Shown here one piece after another: positions 51,237 to 59,805 of a DNA stretch of 64,000 nt. The notes beneath the pieces are model-generated. The model searched no databases. It saw nothing but the letters and a program-made list of their open reading frames with translations, and had not been told where the DNA came from. Source of the stretch: Candidatus Omnitrophota bacterium (GTDB lineage Bacteria > Omnitrophota > Gorgyraeia > Zapsychrales > Zapsychraceae); assembly GCA_028280285.1 (NCBI GenBank), contig JANQMA010000050.1:38055-102054 (forward strand), in the 5' to 3' direction. Made by a program: the position numbers and the translations under genes. Position 1 is the stretch's first letter, and the number at the start of each line of letters is the position of its first letter.

Positions 51237-52913
51237 ATGATGGTTTTTATCCGAACGCTTCTCATTTTATTTATTATGACCATGGAAATCCTCTTACCGC
51301 CAGAGCTTGTTGCACAGCCCAGTACTTCGGCGCAAAATGTCAGTTCACAGAAACCATCCATAAATCCCCGGCAAGAGAGCAGGCCTGTTTATGGAGGGAC
51401 ATTACGCTGGGGTGTTGCGACAAAGCCGACGATTATTAATCCGATCCTTACACAAACAGGCGTTTCTGCCACCATTGCACAGCTGATATCAGATCCATTA
51501 GTAAGAATTGACCACAGAGGTAATCTTGTTCCAGGGGTGGCGAAGTCATGGGGTATTTCCGAAGATGGCCTTGTCTATACCCTTCATTTAAGGCCGGGTG
51601 TTTTGTTTCATGATGGGGTTGAATTAACAGCCGAAGACGTTGTCTTTACCTATAATCAAACGATTGATCCTAAAAATAACTCTCCTTTTCGATCTCATTT
51701 TGTCTTAGTGAAATCCTTTGAAGCTATAGACCGTTACACGTTTAGGATTACATTAAAAGAGCTTTTCCCTAATCTTCTTGGGAAATTATTTTTAGAAATT
51801 ATACCTAAACATATTTTAAAAAATGAAGATTTACATAATACTGATTTTAATTATAACCCAATCGGGACCGGACCTTTCCGTTTTGTCTCCTGGGACCAAG
51901 AGTCGCACAATATTAAATTGGAAACGAATCCTGATTATTTTGAGGGCAGGCCTTATCTCGATGGCATTGATATAAAGTTGTATGACGACAATGAGCGGGT
52001 TTGGATCGGGCTCATGCAAAAAGAAATTGATTTGGCTCAATTTATCAGCCGGGAGAACTTTCTTCATATTAAAAATGATGATGCGTTTAAAAACTATAAA
52101 TTTTCTTTCGGGATGTATTATGCCATGCGTTATAACCTCAAAGATTCCATATGGCGTGATAAAGAATTGCGCAAGGCGGTCGCATATGCGATTAATAAAA
52201 AAGATATTATGAAAAGACTGCCTAAGTTTGATGGGGCTGAAAGCACAGGGCCTTTTCACACATCTTCGGAAGGGTATGATCATGCGATTAAACCTTTTGC
52301 CTATAATCCGGTCAAGGCCAAGCAGATATTGATGCATCGCGGGTGGAAGGCTTTGAGCCAGGATGTCTATGGTGGGGAAAACACGATACGGACCAAACAT
52401 GGGCAAGAGTTGGAGTTGAAAGTACTGGTTAATACAACTAATGACATTTACAAAAATATTATTGCCATGATGCGCCAGCAATTATCAGAGATCGGGATAA
52501 AGTTAATTGTCTTGCCCTATTATGACGAGAAGGAATTGACAGAGGAGTATCTTAATGAGCATCAACCGCAGGCATGGCTGAGGATTTTTGTGGGGCATGG
52601 ACTTGATAAATTTGATAATTATGATGCGGCCATTAATTGGTATTCATTATCTGATCGAGAAGGAGAATGGTGGAATTATAAAAATGAAGAAGTTGACGCT
52701 CTTTTTGAATTATCAAGAAGGACTCAAGACAAGATAGAAAGAGTTACGATTTATAAAAGAATCCATCAAATTGTCTATGAAGATCAGCCGGCTTGTTTTT
52801 TATTCTTTCCTGAATTTTATTTTGCCATCAATGCGAATTTTAAAAATACCGACGATTATTTTTCGATGGGCATGTCCACATGGATGATCAAGGATTGGTA
52901 TTACAGGCCTTAG
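51237..52913 (+). CDS. Peptide ABC-type substrate-binding protein (family 5), orphan
   Basis: YGGTL, SEDGLVYT..LRPGV.FHDG..LTAEDVVFT and PIGTGPF motifs. No permease or ATPase adjacent. Confidence 0.9.
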   Translation: MMVFIRTLLILFIMTMEILLPPELVAQPSTSAQNVSSQKPSINPRQESRPVYGGTLRWGVATKPTIINPILTQTGVSATIAQLISDPLVRIDHRGNLVPGVAKSWGISEDGLVYTLHLRPGVLFHDGVELTAEDVVFTYNQTIDPKNNSPFRSHFVLVKSFEAIDRYTFRITLKELFPNLLGKLFLEIIPKHILKNEDLHNTDFNYNPIGTGPFRFVSWDQESHNIKLETNPDYFEGRPYLDGIDIKLYDDNERVWIGLMQKEIDLAQFISRENFLHIKNDDAFKNYKFSFGMYYAMRYNLKDSIWRDKELRKAVAYAINKKDIMKRLPKFDGAESTGPFHTSSEGYDHAIKPFAYNPVKAKQILMHRGWKALSQDVYGGENTIRTKHGQELELKVLVNTTNDIYKNIIAMMRQQLSEIGIKLIVLPYYDEKELTEEYLNEHQPQAWLRIFVGHGLDKFDNYDAAINWYSLSDREGEWWNYKNEEVDALFELSRRTQDKIERVTIYKRIHQIVYEDQPACFLFFPEFYFAINANFKNTDDYFSMGMSTWMIKDWYYRP

Positions 52914-52950
52914 CCTTTAACCGTTTTTAATCTTGAAAGGAGGTGATAGA

Positions 52951-53064
52951 GTGGAAATTATCCAACAAGGGACCGAAGATATTACAGAAATGGATTCGCT
53001 TTCATGTTGTTGGCCGCCAGGGACTATGAACTTTCACTTTGGAGCGCCTGAGGAAATGGAATAA
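52951..53064 (+). CDS. Putative RiPP precursor peptide, 37 aa (geopeptide-like; not in the ORF track)
   Basis: Strong SD aaggaggtga, then GTG. MEIIQQGTEDITEMDSLSCCWPPGTMNFHFGAPEEME: acidic leader plus CC, directly upstream of the rSAM/SPASM gene. Confidence 0.88.
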   Translation: MEIIQQGTEDITEMDSLSCCWPPGTMNFHFGAPEEME

Positions 53065-53074
53065 ACCCGGTAAA

Positions 53075-53186
53075 ACAAGGTCGTATTGGCATATAGCAGA
53101 CAGGTATTGATGCACCGCTTAACATTTGTACTTTAAATTAAGAAGAGCAAGACAGCAGATTCATCATATAGCCAATACGGCCTTGT
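53075..53186 (+). other. Long-range RNA stem between precursor and maturase
   Basis: acaaggtcgtattggc (53075-53090) pairs with gccaatacggccttgt (53171-53186), 16 bp including one G-U. Confidence 0.7.
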
Positions 53187-53201
53187 AGATAGGATAAAGA
53201 T

Positions 53202-54611
53202 ATGAAAATTTCAAGTCATACGATTATTGTTGAGGATTATCCATCTAGAGGCGAACATCTGGTTTATAGCACACGCACACAGTTTCTCGGTAAAATTGAC
53301 GAGCGCTTAAGAGATGTCTTAAAAAATTTAGGATCTGAAAATTACTTTCTCGATAGTGAAGATAAAAATAATCTGGCCCAACTATATCGAAGAGGAGTCC
53401 TGGTTCGGGACAAGGAAGAAGAACAGCAAAAACTTAAAGAACATCTGAGGCAAATTAAGCATGGGTATAGCCGGTCTAAATTGGTTGTTACTATTTTAAC
53501 CACCTATGCCTGTAATTTTAAATGCACCTATTGTTTTGAAGAAAGCTCACGGGAAAACATTAAGCTCAGTTTTGAAACACAAGAGCATGTGATCAGCTGG
53601 CTTAAGGGTCAGATGAAACAGTTTGGTTATCAGAGTTTAAATATTAATTATTACGGTGGTGAGCCGCTTCTCAATCAACCGGCGATCGATAACATTTCCT
53701 CTGTTATGAAAACCTGGTGTGAAGAGCGACAGATCGGTTTTGCTATGTCCATTCAAACAAACGGCTATCTGTTAACACCGGAAATTGTTGAAAGGTATAA
53801 AAAGTTAAATTTAATCTCTATCCGTATCAGTGTTGACGGTGTTGGAGAAGATCATGATAAAAACCGTCCTCTGCGTGGTGGTGGGGGAACCTTTGAAAGG
53901 ATTATTCAAAATATCTGCGACTGTGTTGATTTGATCTATATTGGGATATCGATCGGTTTTGAAGGTGGTGATGTGAAACCAATTGAAAGGCTTTTAAATC
54001 ACTTTGATGATTTAGGGATATTGCACAAGTTGGGGCGCATCATTTATTCACCTATTAATCCGACATTAGGCGGCAAAGGCCAGCCGCAGGCGATACGCAG
54101 TTCTGATTGCATGTGTAATTCAGAAGATGCGGTTTTTTCGCGTTCGGTTAAACGGATTAATGAACTGTTGGATCAAAAGGGTATTCCTGAAAAAACCAGC
54201 GGGATGTCGACATCTGTGTGTCCACTGACACGGGAAAACGGTGGCGTGACCATTGATCAAGAGGGGCGTTTATATAAGTGTAATTCATTGCTAGGCCATC
54301 CGGAGTTTGCGGTGGGTGATGTCCGCCAGGATAAGTTTAATGAAACAGGCAATGAGTTTCGGGATCTAGATGTGTGGAAACAGTGCCCGACCGATTGTAC
54401 CTATCTTCCCATGTGCAGCGGTGGCTGCCGTTTGATGTCTTTTGTCGGTGGACACAAAAACTTTAGAGTGCCGTCTTGTAAAAAGGTGTATATGAATGAA
54501 ATGGCCCCTGAATTTATCAAAAGAGACTATGACCGGCTGGTTGAAAATAGCCGTAAACAAATGAAAGGAGAAAGCAGGCCTCAACTGGTGAAATCCGCCA
54601 GTATAAAATAA
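53202..54611 (+). CDS. Radical SAM/SPASM peptide maturase
   Basis: CNFKCTYC, YGGEPLL and SPASM Cys (CMC, VCP, KC, C..DC..LPMCSGGC, SC). RRE-like N-terminal ~80 aa. Confidence 0.92.
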   Translation: MKISSHTIIVEDYPSRGEHLVYSTRTQFLGKIDERLRDVLKNLGSENYFLDSEDKNNLAQLYRRGVLVRDKEEEQQKLKEHLRQIKHGYSRSKLVVTILTTYACNFKCTYCFEESSRENIKLSFETQEHVISWLKGQMKQFGYQSLNINYYGGEPLLNQPAIDNISSVMKTWCEERQIGFAMSIQTNGYLLTPEIVERYKKLNLISIRISVDGVGEDHDKNRPLRGGGGTFERIIQNICDCVDLIYIGISIGFEGGDVKPIERLLNHFDDLGILHKLGRIIYSPINPTLGGKGQPQAIRSSDCMCNSEDAVFSRSVKRINELLDQKGIPEKTSGMSTSVCPLTRENGGVTIDQEGRLYKCNSLLGHPEFAVGDVRQDKFNETGNEFRDLDVWKQCPTDCTYLPMCSGGCRLMSFVGGHKNFRVPSCKKVYMNEMAPEFIKRDYDRLVENSRKQMKGESRPQLVKSASIK

Positions 54612-54644
54612 TCTTTTGAACAAAAAAGAGTTCTGTAGTAGGCT

Positions 54645-56480
54645 ATGTATTCAATGAAGCAACTTGCCCAACTTCTTAGACGATGTATACCGAAAAAAAT
54701 ATGGCTACAGGCATTTCTGGTATTGGTGTGCGTTATTATTATTCCTTTGATTGTGCTCGGCGCCCTGCTTGTTAATACCAGTCAGAAGGCTATTAAAACA
54801 TCTGTTTTCCGTGACCACAAAGAGGTGGCTGTTCATGCCACGGACAAGGTCGAAGAGCATATCAAAGGCGCACGGCAGTCCATCTTGGTGACAGCTTCTA
54901 TCCTCGGAACACTCCATGCCGATTCATGGCGGCAAGAAACAGCGATTGTTGAACTATCTCTGCGCAATCCCGCTTTTCAGCGTATTGCATCGGTTGACCT
55001 CAATGGAGAGGAAATTGCCAGCTCTGAGCTTGGCAGTGCGCCTCAAAATAGAGGTAATGAAGAGGCGTTTCAACAGGCCATAGCCGGTGCATCGTATATT
55101 TCTCACATTAAAATTTCTGAAGATCAAATACCTTATCTGACCCTGGCTGAGCCGATTAAAGAGTTTGGACAAGTTAAGGGTGTTTTAATGAGCGAACTTA
55201 ATGTAAGAAGTGTTTGGGATATTATTGATAATATTCATTTCGGCGAAACAGGCCGAGCATTTCTGATTGATCACCATGGCCGGATTATAGCCCATCCGGA
55301 TAAAAAACGTGTCCTTCAAAACGAACATATTCCTTACCCAAGTATTTTAGAAAGTATATTATTAGGCCAAGCAGGAAATATGGAAAAAATAAGGGAGGAT
55401 GGAGAGCGTTTGTTGATTTCTTATGCACCGGTTGTTAATCCCGATTGGGGCCTTGTTATTACTCAACCTGAGCGCGAAGCCTATGCTTTTTTAACGGTGA
55501 TGAAGCTTCAATCATGGGGGACTATTTTATTAAGTGCTTGTGTTGCTATGATTTTGAGTTTACTGCTTGCCAGATACATGAGTCGTAACATCGAAAATAT
55601 TGTCTCAGGCACGCAGCGTGTGGCCAAAGGAGATTTTTCACATCATTTTCCGATTAAACAGCGAAATGAAATCGGCAAGCTTCTTTTTTCATTTAATCGT
55701 ATGACATCGAAGCTGCGTAAGGCACGGGATGTGGAAAAATTATCTGTTATCGGTAAGGCGGCGGCAGCCGTCGCGCATGAACTTAAAAATTCACTTGTGC
55801 TTATCACAACGTTTGTTGAGCTTTTGCCCGAACGTCATCGTGATAAAAAATTTATTAAAGAATTTTCCGAGACGATACCGAAAGAGCTTGACAGTTGGAA
55901 TACATCACTTCGCAACATGATGGTTTTTTCACGGAGTTATTCCAGTTTCCCAACTTATGATACAAATGTTAATGACATTATTAAAGAAATAAGTCTTCTA
56001 GCAAAAATGAAGGCGCGGCAATTGGATATTCATTTTAATGAAAGTCTTGAACAAAATATTTCTTTGATCAATGGCAATAAAGATAAACTTAAACAAGTTT
56101 TGTTAAATCTTGTTACGAATGCGCTGGAAGCAACCCCGGGTGGTGGTCAAATAGATGTCGTGACACGCAATATTGTATCGGATAAATCAAAAAATGGTTC
56201 GGCTGATCGCTATGTTGAGGTTTCTGTATCCAATACGGTGAGTGATGGCTGTCCGGATGATTTAGATAAAATTTTTAATCCGTTTCATACGACCAAAGCA
56301 GGTGGTCTCGGTTTAGGCCTTTCGATCAGTAAAGAAATTATGGACCGTCACAATGGCAGCATTGATGTTTCATTTAATGAAGAGAATCAGTCGCTGTGTT
56401 TTGTTGTTAAGTTACCTGTTACATCTGAAATGGCATCGCGTGTGATTCCTCAAATACCATCAGTTAAATCACATCTTTGA
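54645..56480 (+). CDS. Cache-HAMP sensor histidine kinase
   Basis: Two TM helices, dCache-like YIS/IIAHPD, HAMP EIGKL..FNRM, H-box AHELKN, NALEA and GLGLGLSI. Confidence 0.92.
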   Translation: MYSMKQLAQLLRRCIPKKIWLQAFLVLVCVIIIPLIVLGALLVNTSQKAIKTSVFRDHKEVAVHATDKVEEHIKGARQSILVTASILGTLHADSWRQETAIVELSLRNPAFQRIASVDLNGEEIASSELGSAPQNRGNEEAFQQAIAGASYISHIKISEDQIPYLTLAEPIKEFGQVKGVLMSELNVRSVWDIIDNIHFGETGRAFLIDHHGRIIAHPDKKRVLQNEHIPYPSILESILLGQAGNMEKIREDGERLLISYAPVVNPDWGLVITQPEREAYAFLTVMKLQSWGTILLSACVAMILSLLLARYMSRNIENIVSGTQRVAKGDFSHHFPIKQRNEIGKLLFSFNRMTSKLRKARDVEKLSVIGKAAAAVAHELKNSLVLITTFVELLPERHRDKKFIKEFSETIPKELDSWNTSLRNMMVFSRSYSSFPTYDTNVNDIIKEISLLAKMKARQLDIHFNESLEQNISLINGNKDKLKQVLLNLVTNALEATPGGGQIDVVTRNIVSDKSKNGSADRYVEVSVSNTVSDGCPDDLDKIFNPFHTTKAGGLGLGLSISKEIMDRHNGSIDVSFNEENQSLCFVVKLPVTSEMASRVIPQIPSVKSHL

Positions 56481-56545
56481 ATCAGTATTTTCTTGAATAA
56501 TGATGGGGATCTTATTATCAATAAATAGTTTATGCGATTTTAGTA

Positions 56546-56605
56546 GAAAAAGGTTAGTTTTTTTGACTTTTAGCCCATTTACAAGAAAAATTGAATGCAT
56601 AGAAT
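56546..56605 (+). promoter_or_regulatory. Candidate activator site plus promoter of the response regulator
   Basis: gaaaaaggttagtttt motif, then cattta in the same register as at 51147; TTTACA-16-TAGAAT. Confidence 0.4.
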
Positions 56606-56672
56606 AAATGGAATCCTGCGGCTTAAGCCGTCGCAGCCTTTTGTTCAATGACTTATCAGTTGGGAGGTAGTT

Positions 56673-57398
56673 ATGTTATCTGAAAAAATTGTAGTTATTG
56701 ACGATGATTCCAGGATCGTCAAAAGTTTGAAGATGGCGTTGATTGGCTATGAGATCAAAGATTTTTCTGATGCCAAAACCGCGCTCAATTATTTGTGTAA
56801 ACCAAACATGATTCATTTGGTTATGCTTGATATTATGATGCCGGGGATTGATGGGCTTAAAGCGCTTCAAGAAATCAAAAAAATTAATAAAGATATCGCG
56901 GTTATTATGATGACCGCTTATAGCACAAAGGATGTGGCGATCGAAGCCTTGCGTCTTAAGGCGGATGAGTTTATTGAGAAGCCTTTTCAGGTTAATGATG
57001 TCAAATCGAAGATCCAGAGGATTTTGCATGAAAAATTGCAAAACGGCCAGGTTAAAAGCAGTAATGGCGGATATGTTGACCGCATTAAGACTTTTGTTAA
57101 ACGCAATCAGAAGAATGCGACTTTGGATTTTATAGGCGAAGAAATGTCGCTCAGTCCTAAATATATTAGTCGCATGTTTAGTAAAAAGAACGGGGTTAGT
57201 TTTCGTGACTTTAAACTACAAACCAAAATTGAGAAAGCCAAAGAATTGCTTAAAAAATCTCATTTAAATATTACAGAGATTGCCTTTGAGTTGGGGTATC
57301 AAAACCCTGAATCATTTATGCGTCTGTTTAAACGTTTAACTAATTTAACACCCTCGCAATATAGAAAGAAGTTCGGTAAAAGAAAAATACGCTGTTAA
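56673..57398 (+). CDS. Response regulator with AraC-type HTH
   Basis: Receiver IDDD/LDIMMP/KP; C-terminal AraC motif ITEIAFELGY....F.RLFKR...TPSQYRK. Confidence 0.92.
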   Translation: MLSEKIVVIDDDSRIVKSLKMALIGYEIKDFSDAKTALNYLCKPNMIHLVMLDIMMPGIDGLKALQEIKKINKDIAVIMMTAYSTKDVAIEALRLKADEFIEKPFQVNDVKSKIQRILHEKLQNGQVKSSNGGYVDRIKTFVKRNQKNATLDFIGEEMSLSPKYISRMFSKKNGVSFRDFKLQTKIEKAKELLKKSHLNITEIAFELGYQNPESFMRLFKRLTNLTPSQYRKKFGKRKIRC

Positions 57399-57411
57399 CC
57401 AAAATGAGGAA

Positions 57412-57801
57412 ATGATGATGAATCAGAAAATTCTTGTGATCGATGGTCATCCTGTGTATATCAAAAAAACCGAAGGTTTTTTAAGGGGACTTACCTTGCA
57501 AAATATTACGCTTGCTAAAACTGGCGAAGAAGGGCTTATCAGATTTAAGGCGGATGCTCCCGATTTAGTTATTTTAAGCGGCATGCTGCCGGATACAAGT
57601 AGCGTCGATGTGTGCGCGGTGATCAAAGAACATAATCCGCGTATAGTGGTGATTGTTCAAACCGGTCTTTTCACGTCGGACGAGACGATCAAAAATTTCA
57701 AGGCGTGTGGGGCGGATTTCATTTTGGAACGCCAAGAAAAAGATTTAAAGCCGCTTCAGGATGCGGTTGAGGATTTTTTGTGTAAGTCTAGTCGTGCATA
57801 A
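57412..57801 (+). CDS. Single-domain atypical receiver protein
   Basis: Receiver fold (ILVID, PDLVIL, GADF) with Ser at the phospho-Asp position. Confidence 0.8.
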   Translation: MMMNQKILVIDGHPVYIKKTEGFLRGLTLQNITLAKTGEEGLIRFKADAPDLVILSGMLPDTSSVDVCAVIKEHNPRIVVIVQTGLFTSDETIKNFKACGADFILERQEKDLKPLQDAVEDFLCKSSRA

Positions 57802-57869
57802 TCTTGCCTAAATATCTTCTGTGCCATTCTTTCTGGTTTTTGGTATAATTAATATTCATTGAGTTATTT

Positions 57870-58080
57870 GGCTCGAGTTAGCCGTTTGCATTGGAATGCT
57901 GAGTGACTGAAATCGTCTTCCAAAAAATAAACGATTTCCGGAACGAAGCAGCCAATGCAGAAACCTAACGAGAGCTTTATGTATGATTGGTAGTATTCCT
58001 CGCTTCGAACAGTCCTCGCGCTATTTTTGCTACTACAAAAATTAGCGCTGCGGATACTCGCTCGTGAATACTACCAATCA
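57870..58080 (+). other. Two long structured palindromes (REP-like elements or ncRNA)
   Basis: Hairpin 1 has tgcattgg/ccaatgca and gaaatcgt/acgatttc stems. Hairpin 2 has a perfect 15-bp tgattggtagtattc/gaatactaccaatca stem. Confidence 0.65.
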
Positions 58081-58089
58081 ATTTTTACT

Positions 58090-58824
58090 ATGTTAAAAAA
58101 ACCAAAAATCAAAATCGATGCCTTTGGTTTTCAGCCGGGCGATACTATTCTGAGCAAATATGAAATTATCGATAAGCTAGGCTCCGGCTGGGAAGGAGAG
58201 GTTTATAAGATCAAAGAGATTGCGACGGATATTGAACGAACAGCCAAAATCTTTTTCCCGCAACGCAATATCCGCAATAAAGCCTCCCGTTTTTACGCCC
58301 GCAAATTACATAAATTAAGACAGTGCCATATTGTTATTCATTATCATAATGAAGAAACGATCTATATTGATGGTATTCCGATTACTGTTTTGATTTCTGA
58401 ATATGTGGAGGGAGCGCTGTTTTCGGATTTTCTTCAAAAGTTTCCCAGAAAGCGGTTAACCCCGTTTCAAGCGCTACACCTGCTTTACGCGCTTGCGCGA
58501 GGCATTGAGGAAATTCATCTGCGCAATGATTATCACGGCGATCTGCATACCGATAATATTATTGTGAACCGCTTTGGCCTCAACTTTCATTTGAAGCTTT
58601 TGGATATGTTTCACTGGGGTTCGCCAACAAAGAATAATCGCAATTACGATTTAACGTGCTTGGTGAGGATTTTTTATGAGTCCCTTGGTGGGGCTAAATA
58701 TTATGCCAAGCTGCCTAAGGAGATCAAATATATTTGCTGTGGTCTTAAGGATTCATTGATCTGTAAACGCTTCAAAACTGTCTCTCAGCTGCGTGAGTAT
58801 CTGGAGAAGATGCAGTGGAAGTAA
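58090..58824 (+). CDS. Compact protein kinase-like protein
   Basis: LGSGWEGEVY, AKIF, HGDLHTDN and LLDMF motifs. Start moved to ATG 58090, after the hairpin. Confidence 0.85.
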   Translation: MLKKPKIKIDAFGFQPGDTILSKYEIIDKLGSGWEGEVYKIKEIATDIERTAKIFFPQRNIRNKASRFYARKLHKLRQCHIVIHYHNEETIYIDGIPITVLISEYVEGALFSDFLQKFPRKRLTPFQALHLLYALARGIEEIHLRNDYHGDLHTDNIIVNRFGLNFHLKLLDMFHWGSPTKNNRNYDLTCLVRIFYESLGGAKYYAKLPKEIKYICCGLKDSLICKRFKTVSQLREYLEKMQWK

Positions 58825-58957
58825 GGCGCTTGAGAAATCTCTGGCATATTTCGCCCTAGGTCGCTATAATAGGTGAGTTTTTTAGGAATAATCAGGTGTT
58901 TTGCCTACAGCAAATAAATGCCTGATTATTTTTGTTATAGGTGCAAGAGGGTTATTT

Positions 58958-59800
58958 ATGAAGAAATATAATCTCATCATTTTGGCTGGTGGAGAGAATG
59001 AAAAGTGGTGTAAGCAATACGGTTACAACAAAAAGCCGTTTTTGCCGCTTAATGGTAAGCCCATGCTTGACCGGGTTGTCCAGTCCTTTCGCAACAGCAT
59101 TTATATCGATAAAATCATAGTGGTTGGTCCGCGTGAGCTGGATCAGCTGGACTGCATGAAATATGTGGATAAAAGAATCCCGGAGGGCGGCTCATTTATC
59201 CAGAATCTCATTCACGGAATTGCCTATCTTAAGGCCTTTATTTATAAATTTAAACGCAATCATAATGGCTATCTTATTTCTTTTTGTGATGCGGCGTTTT
59301 TAAATACGTATGTGATTAATAAAACGATCGAGAATCTCGATCCTCACGATCCAGGGATGGTGCTTCATTATGTGCCTAAAGAAGTGATTGCGCGTCGCGG
59401 GTTTCTCGTTGAAAATAGAACATTTATGTATGTGGCGGGTAGGCCTTATACGGGGGCTAATATTTATTATGTTAAAAAGTTTAGCGCGGTCTTAAGGGTC
59501 ATTAAAGATTTAGCGGCCATGCGTAAATACCGCAAGACACCTGAGAAGATGCTCGAACACTTAGGCTGCAAGGACAAACCATATAGCGGGATTGAAAAAG
59601 TATTGTCAAAGATGATGCGGGTTAAGGTGAAGATATTTGTCTCGCCTTACGCGGAGATGGGTGTGGATATCGATAAGCCGATTGATTATGAATTGGCCAA
59701 ATCACAACTCGAAAAAACGACAAAGGATTGTCTCGCGTTCGAAGATAAGGATTTAGAAAATGTTTGTGCACAAGAGGATGAAATAGACGTTGACGCCTAA
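58958..59800 (+). CDS. MobA-like NTP transferase domain protein
   Basis: IILAGG, K.FLPLNGKPML, CD and DIDKP.D motifs. Confidence 0.8.
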   Translation: MKKYNLIILAGGENEKWCKQYGYNKKPFLPLNGKPMLDRVVQSFRNSIYIDKIIVVGPRELDQLDCMKYVDKRIPEGGSFIQNLIHGIAYLKAFIYKFKRNHNGYLISFCDAAFLNTYVINKTIENLDPHDPGMVLHYVPKEVIARRGFLVENRTFMYVAGRPYTGANIYYVKKFSAVLRVIKDLAAMRKYRKTPEKMLEHLGCKDKPYSGIEKVLSKMMRVKVKIFVSPYAEMGVDIDKPIDYELAKSQLEKTTKDCLAFEDKDLENVCAQEDEIDVDA

Positions 59801-59805
59801 TTGTT

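Noticed and set aside
51831-52481. 216-aa antisense ORF within the SBP gene (and other long shadow ORFs such as 39870-40385 and 41694-42206)
   Set aside because: They lie entirely antisense to well-supported genes and have no recognisable motifs.
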